DNA from: Octopus sinensis
Taxonomy: Eukaryota
Reading direction: 5' to 3'
DNA: 64,000 nucleotides
Assembly (NCBI RefSeq): GCF_006345805.1
Contig: NC_043009.1
Location: 21,142,001 to 21,206,000 of the forward strand
A program made the translations under genes and the position numbers. This document shows, one piece after another, positions 60,261-64,000 of the stretch. Positions within the stretch are counted from its first letter, which is position 1. Each line of letters opens with the position of its first letter. The notes under the pieces are model-generated. The model saw only the letters and a program-made list of their open reading frames with translations. It had not been told where the DNA came from and ran no database searches.

Positions 60261-63037
60261 CAAAATCTGTTTCAACACACATTTTCACATCAAGATTGCA
60301 AAACAAATACATAAATGTCACTTTTTTGTTAGTGTTTATGATTCCTGCTCTGAAATTGATTGGTAATGATTTCTTTACCAAACACTTCACCCATTAGTTC
60401 ACAGATTTACTCATGCTACTCTCTGCTTGTTCAATCTGCACTGCATTGGCCTGAGCTCCACTGCAAAAAGTCTCTTCTGCAACTGTTCACCACCCCCCCG
60501 GACACATCTGCCTTTCCTTCTTTTTATCACTCCCACTCTCTCATATTTTACAAATCTTCAACCAAGCATTTTTCTCTTCTTTCTTCTTCAGATTTGCTAT
60601 CAACTACAATACTTTGTCTGCTTGCCTGTCTCTGTCTGTTTGTTTGTCTCTGTCTGTCTGTCTCCTATTCCTGCAGATATTGACCAACAACTGTTCTAAT
60701 CTAGGATGATCTGAACCCTACAACTGCTTCATAACGAATAAACATAACATCATCATCATCATCATTATCGTCATCATCACTTTTGTTGTTGTCAGCATCT
60801 TCATCATTTAGTGTCCACTTTCCATGCGGGCGTGGGTTGGATGGTATGAGAGAGAAATGGTGAGCTGCAGGGTTTTATGCTTATTGCAACAACAGATAGA
60901 GAGAGTGTGTGTGTGTGTGTGTCTATGTTCACTTGTGTATATGTATGTTTGTGTGTGAGTGTTTGTATGTGTATATGTATGTTTGTGTGTGAGTGTTTGT
61001 ATGTGTCTGTGCATGTGTATTTGTAATGTAGATGTGTTTGTGTGTGTATATCAGTGAGTGCATGTGTATGTGTATTTGTGTATGTTTGCATGTGTCTGTG
61101 TGTGTATGGGTATATACAATATGTGTGTGTATTTGCAATTGGGTAACACCAAACTTAGACTTAAAGGTTTTGTGTAACTCTGCTTGTTTTCTGTTTGTCA
61201 ATATATTGGATTGGTTTCAAATTTCGGCACAAGGCCAGCAATTTTGGAGGTGGTGGGGTAAGGGTTAATTACATCAACCCTAATGTTCAACCTTTGCTTA
61301 TTTTATTGACCCTGAAAGGTTGAAAAGAAGAGTCAACCCTGGCGGGATTTGAACTCAGAACATAAAGATGGACAAAATGCCACTAGCATTTTGCCTGTCA
61401 TTGCTAATGGTTCTGCTTTTGATTATTAATATATTCTTTTCTACTTTAGGCACAAGGCCCAAAGTTTTGGGGGAGGGGGCCAGTCAATTAGATCAACCCC
61501 AGTATGCAACTGGTACTTAATTTATCAACCTTGAAAGGATGAAAGGCAAAGTCGATTTTAGCAGAATTGATTGTCAATATATTGAAAGGGAAAATGCTTT
61601 GTGGCTTCAATATTACATGACTTGAGAAAACAGTGAGCTGGCAGAATCATTACCATGCCAAAAAAAAAAATAAGGTTAAACTGCATTTTTTCCAACTTAA
61701 CGTTCTGAGTTCAAATAACACCAGGATTGACTTGCCTTTCAACTTTTTGGGATTGATGAAATAAGTACCAGTTAGACACTGGGGTTGATGTCATCAACTT
61801 ACTCTCTCCCCTGAAATTGCTAGTTTTGGGCCAAAATTTGAAATCATTATTACATGACTTAAGGGGTTTCTTAAAAGTTTCTGTGAAGGAACTGGGGCTT
61901 ATGAAATATTTGGGAAGACTGAAATAGAATTTAAAAATTTTTGTTCTTTTCTATCTATAATCCAAGTGGGAGTTGGCAAACAGTAAGGAATTTATCTGGA
62001 AGACTGAAGTCACAGTTCTTTGATCTCTTTCCAAACAGTGAGGTTTCCTCAAGAAATGTCTCTGTAATGGAGCTGTGTTTTCATTTATCTTTCTATCTGC
62101 AAATAAACGTTGAAAGTGGTGTGTTGTTTTCTCGAAGTGATAGAAATGGAACAAGCTGTTGTGTTCTGTGTGATTTTTGAATGGATGTTTTGTGAGATAT
62201 GAGAGCTTGTATAGTAGGTTTTGGTAACTGTTTCTATGACGTCAGCATGATGTGTATGTGTGTGTGTGTGTGTGTATGTATTTGAGTGTTTGTGCATGCA
62301 TGTGCATGTGCGTGTGTGTGCATGTGTGCGTGTGTATGTGTGTATGTGTGTGTTTAAGTAGGTTTTTCTCAGAAAAATCATGCAAAACAGAATAAAGACT
62401 ACTTTCAGTGCCCCTGGGTATGAGGTTGTTACTCACGAATTTTAGGTTTACAGTCTAAATATACCTTAAATCCTCAAATTAGTCTTTATAATAGAAAAAA
62501 ATCAAATAACCTCTACACCACTTCTTTTTGATGAACAATAACGATAGTTTTTAAGAAAATTAAGGTTGTTTTAATCCTCAACTACTACAATAAGGTCAAA
62601 TGTATAAATCTTACCACCTTTCTAATTTGGTATGAGATGAAAACCGATAATTAATTCTACTTAATGGGCCTAAATTATACTTTTCTCAAGGACAGTTTCT
62701 ATAAAGAACTTCTGATGTTGGAACTATTGATTCTGGATATCATATTGATTTAAATTCTAATCTAACATCCAGCATTTAAAATGGACACCATATCCAAAAC
62801 CCAACATATTTTAACAAACCTGTTTAGAAATATTGACACTCATCTATTTACAGAATAAAAACGTTTGTTTCATTGCAAAATTAGACAAGCACAAGAAAAA
62901 AACAAACAAAAAAAAAAACAAGGAAATAAACGAAGCATTACACATTTGGAAATCTTGGTAAAAGAAAAGGCAATGAAGGGAGCTGTGAAGATTTTCCCAT
63001 TTGGATAGATGCCTATTTTGACACCATTACCTCTCTC

Positions 63038-63107
<70 letters not shown>

Positions 63108-63519
63108 TAATACATTTCTAAATATCTCAGATATATGCAGTAGTGGTATGATAGAGTAGTTGTATACTGTCAGCTTAATGTGACAGTCCCATGAAAGGAA
63201 TCACACTACTGCTTTGACACATTTCCTGTGTCCTTATGTTTACAAGGGGTAGATAAGCACCTCCACCCAGCTAAGCCTGCATCCAGAGACTAGTTTCTGA
63301 GTCTTTGCTCGTCATCAGTCTGGAGTAGCATGGCCTGCTAGTTGAATATCTTTATTATAGGCACAATGGCCTAAATGAAGAGGGGACATAACAAAACAAT
63401 ACAGTACATGTAACAAAAATACAGAAAGGATGATATGAAATGAAATATTAATAATGAATTAAATGAAATGGCTTACGAGCCCCCCAAAGCTCGCAGTTTC
63501 ATTTACAATTACAGTTGTA

Positions 63520-63981
63520 CTATCTGGGGTGTTCGTCAGTAATGTAAACGAGTTCTATAACGCCAGGCAAACTGTCATATTGAACGTAATGCGTTATGCA
63601 CACAGCTGTATTTGAAAACAAATTTATTAATTTATTTACCGTCTCTTTATCCACAATTGCAGCCTTTATTTGGTTATTGTATATCTTCGGGTTCAATTTC
63701 ACTCTCGTTAGATTTTTCATTATCGCTAATTTTTTCTCAATTTCTTTATCCTTTTTGTACAACATTACAGCTTTGAGATTTCTTCCTTTTAGTCTTCCTC
63801 CTTCCTTGCATGTTTTCAGATATTCTTCCACTTTTGTTGACCATTTTTTCATTTCTTCCCACGTTGAACCTTCACTCACTTTAGTTGCTGTATCTCTCTC
63901 TTCGTGCGTTCGATCCTCTGTCTCGTCGGCAGACTTCTTTTTAGTCTTTTTCCTTTTTTGGTCTTTGGGTGGTGATTCCAT
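63520..63981 (-). CDS. 153-aa Lys/Glu-rich ORF of unknown identity, possibly the N-terminus of a retroelement ORF1
   Basis: Open ATG-started frame in sequence not explained by microsatellite; no recognisable catalytic motif. Confidence 0.3.
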   Translation of the reverse strand: MESPPKDQKRKKTKKKSADETEDRTHEERDTATKVSEGSTWEEMKKWSTKVEEYLKTCKEGGRLKGRNLKAVMLYKKDKEIEKKLAIMKNLTRVKLNPKIYNNQIKAAIVDKETVNKLINLFSNTAVCITHYVQYDSLPGVIELVYITDEHPR

Positions 63982-64000
63982 CCATGTTCGCTTTCTATCC

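Overview
AT-rich, repeat-dense animal genomic DNA. The SINE families, RTE/CR1 LINEs and (TA)n/(CA)n tracts look like those of an octopus (my recognition, not a database result). One host gene is well supported, on the minus strand: ten phase-1 GT-AG exons from 46964 to 2934 splice into an open 1497-nt frame (499 codons). It encodes an EGF/laminin-EGF-like repeat, then a galactose-binding-like/F-type-lectin-like domain split over two exons, then seven more EGF-like repeats (MEGF10/11-, SCARF- or EGF-ectodomain receptor-PTP-like). The gene continues beyond the left edge and its 5' end is unresolved. The introns hold RTE and CR1 LINEs, Helitron helicase, hAT, mariner, piggyBac, Gypsy integrase and Penelope-like remnants, tRNA-derived SINEs and several hairpin MITEs. 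Best second-look items: (1) minimal type-I hammerhead-ribozyme-like motifs with non-canonical cores, two of which show the 3-8 core pair covarying (U3-A8, G3-C8) and sit in short inverted-repeat modules; (2) two divergent, oppositely oriented RTE-endonuclease/Gypsy-integrase junctions; (3) a piggyBac remnant bracketed by ~0.5 kb inverted repeats; (4) a ~370-bp near-palindrome; (5) weak decayed BTB/BACK-like tracts. Repeat boundaries are approximate unless a TSD or splice site is quoted. No CRISPR, rRNA or true tRNA gene is supported.
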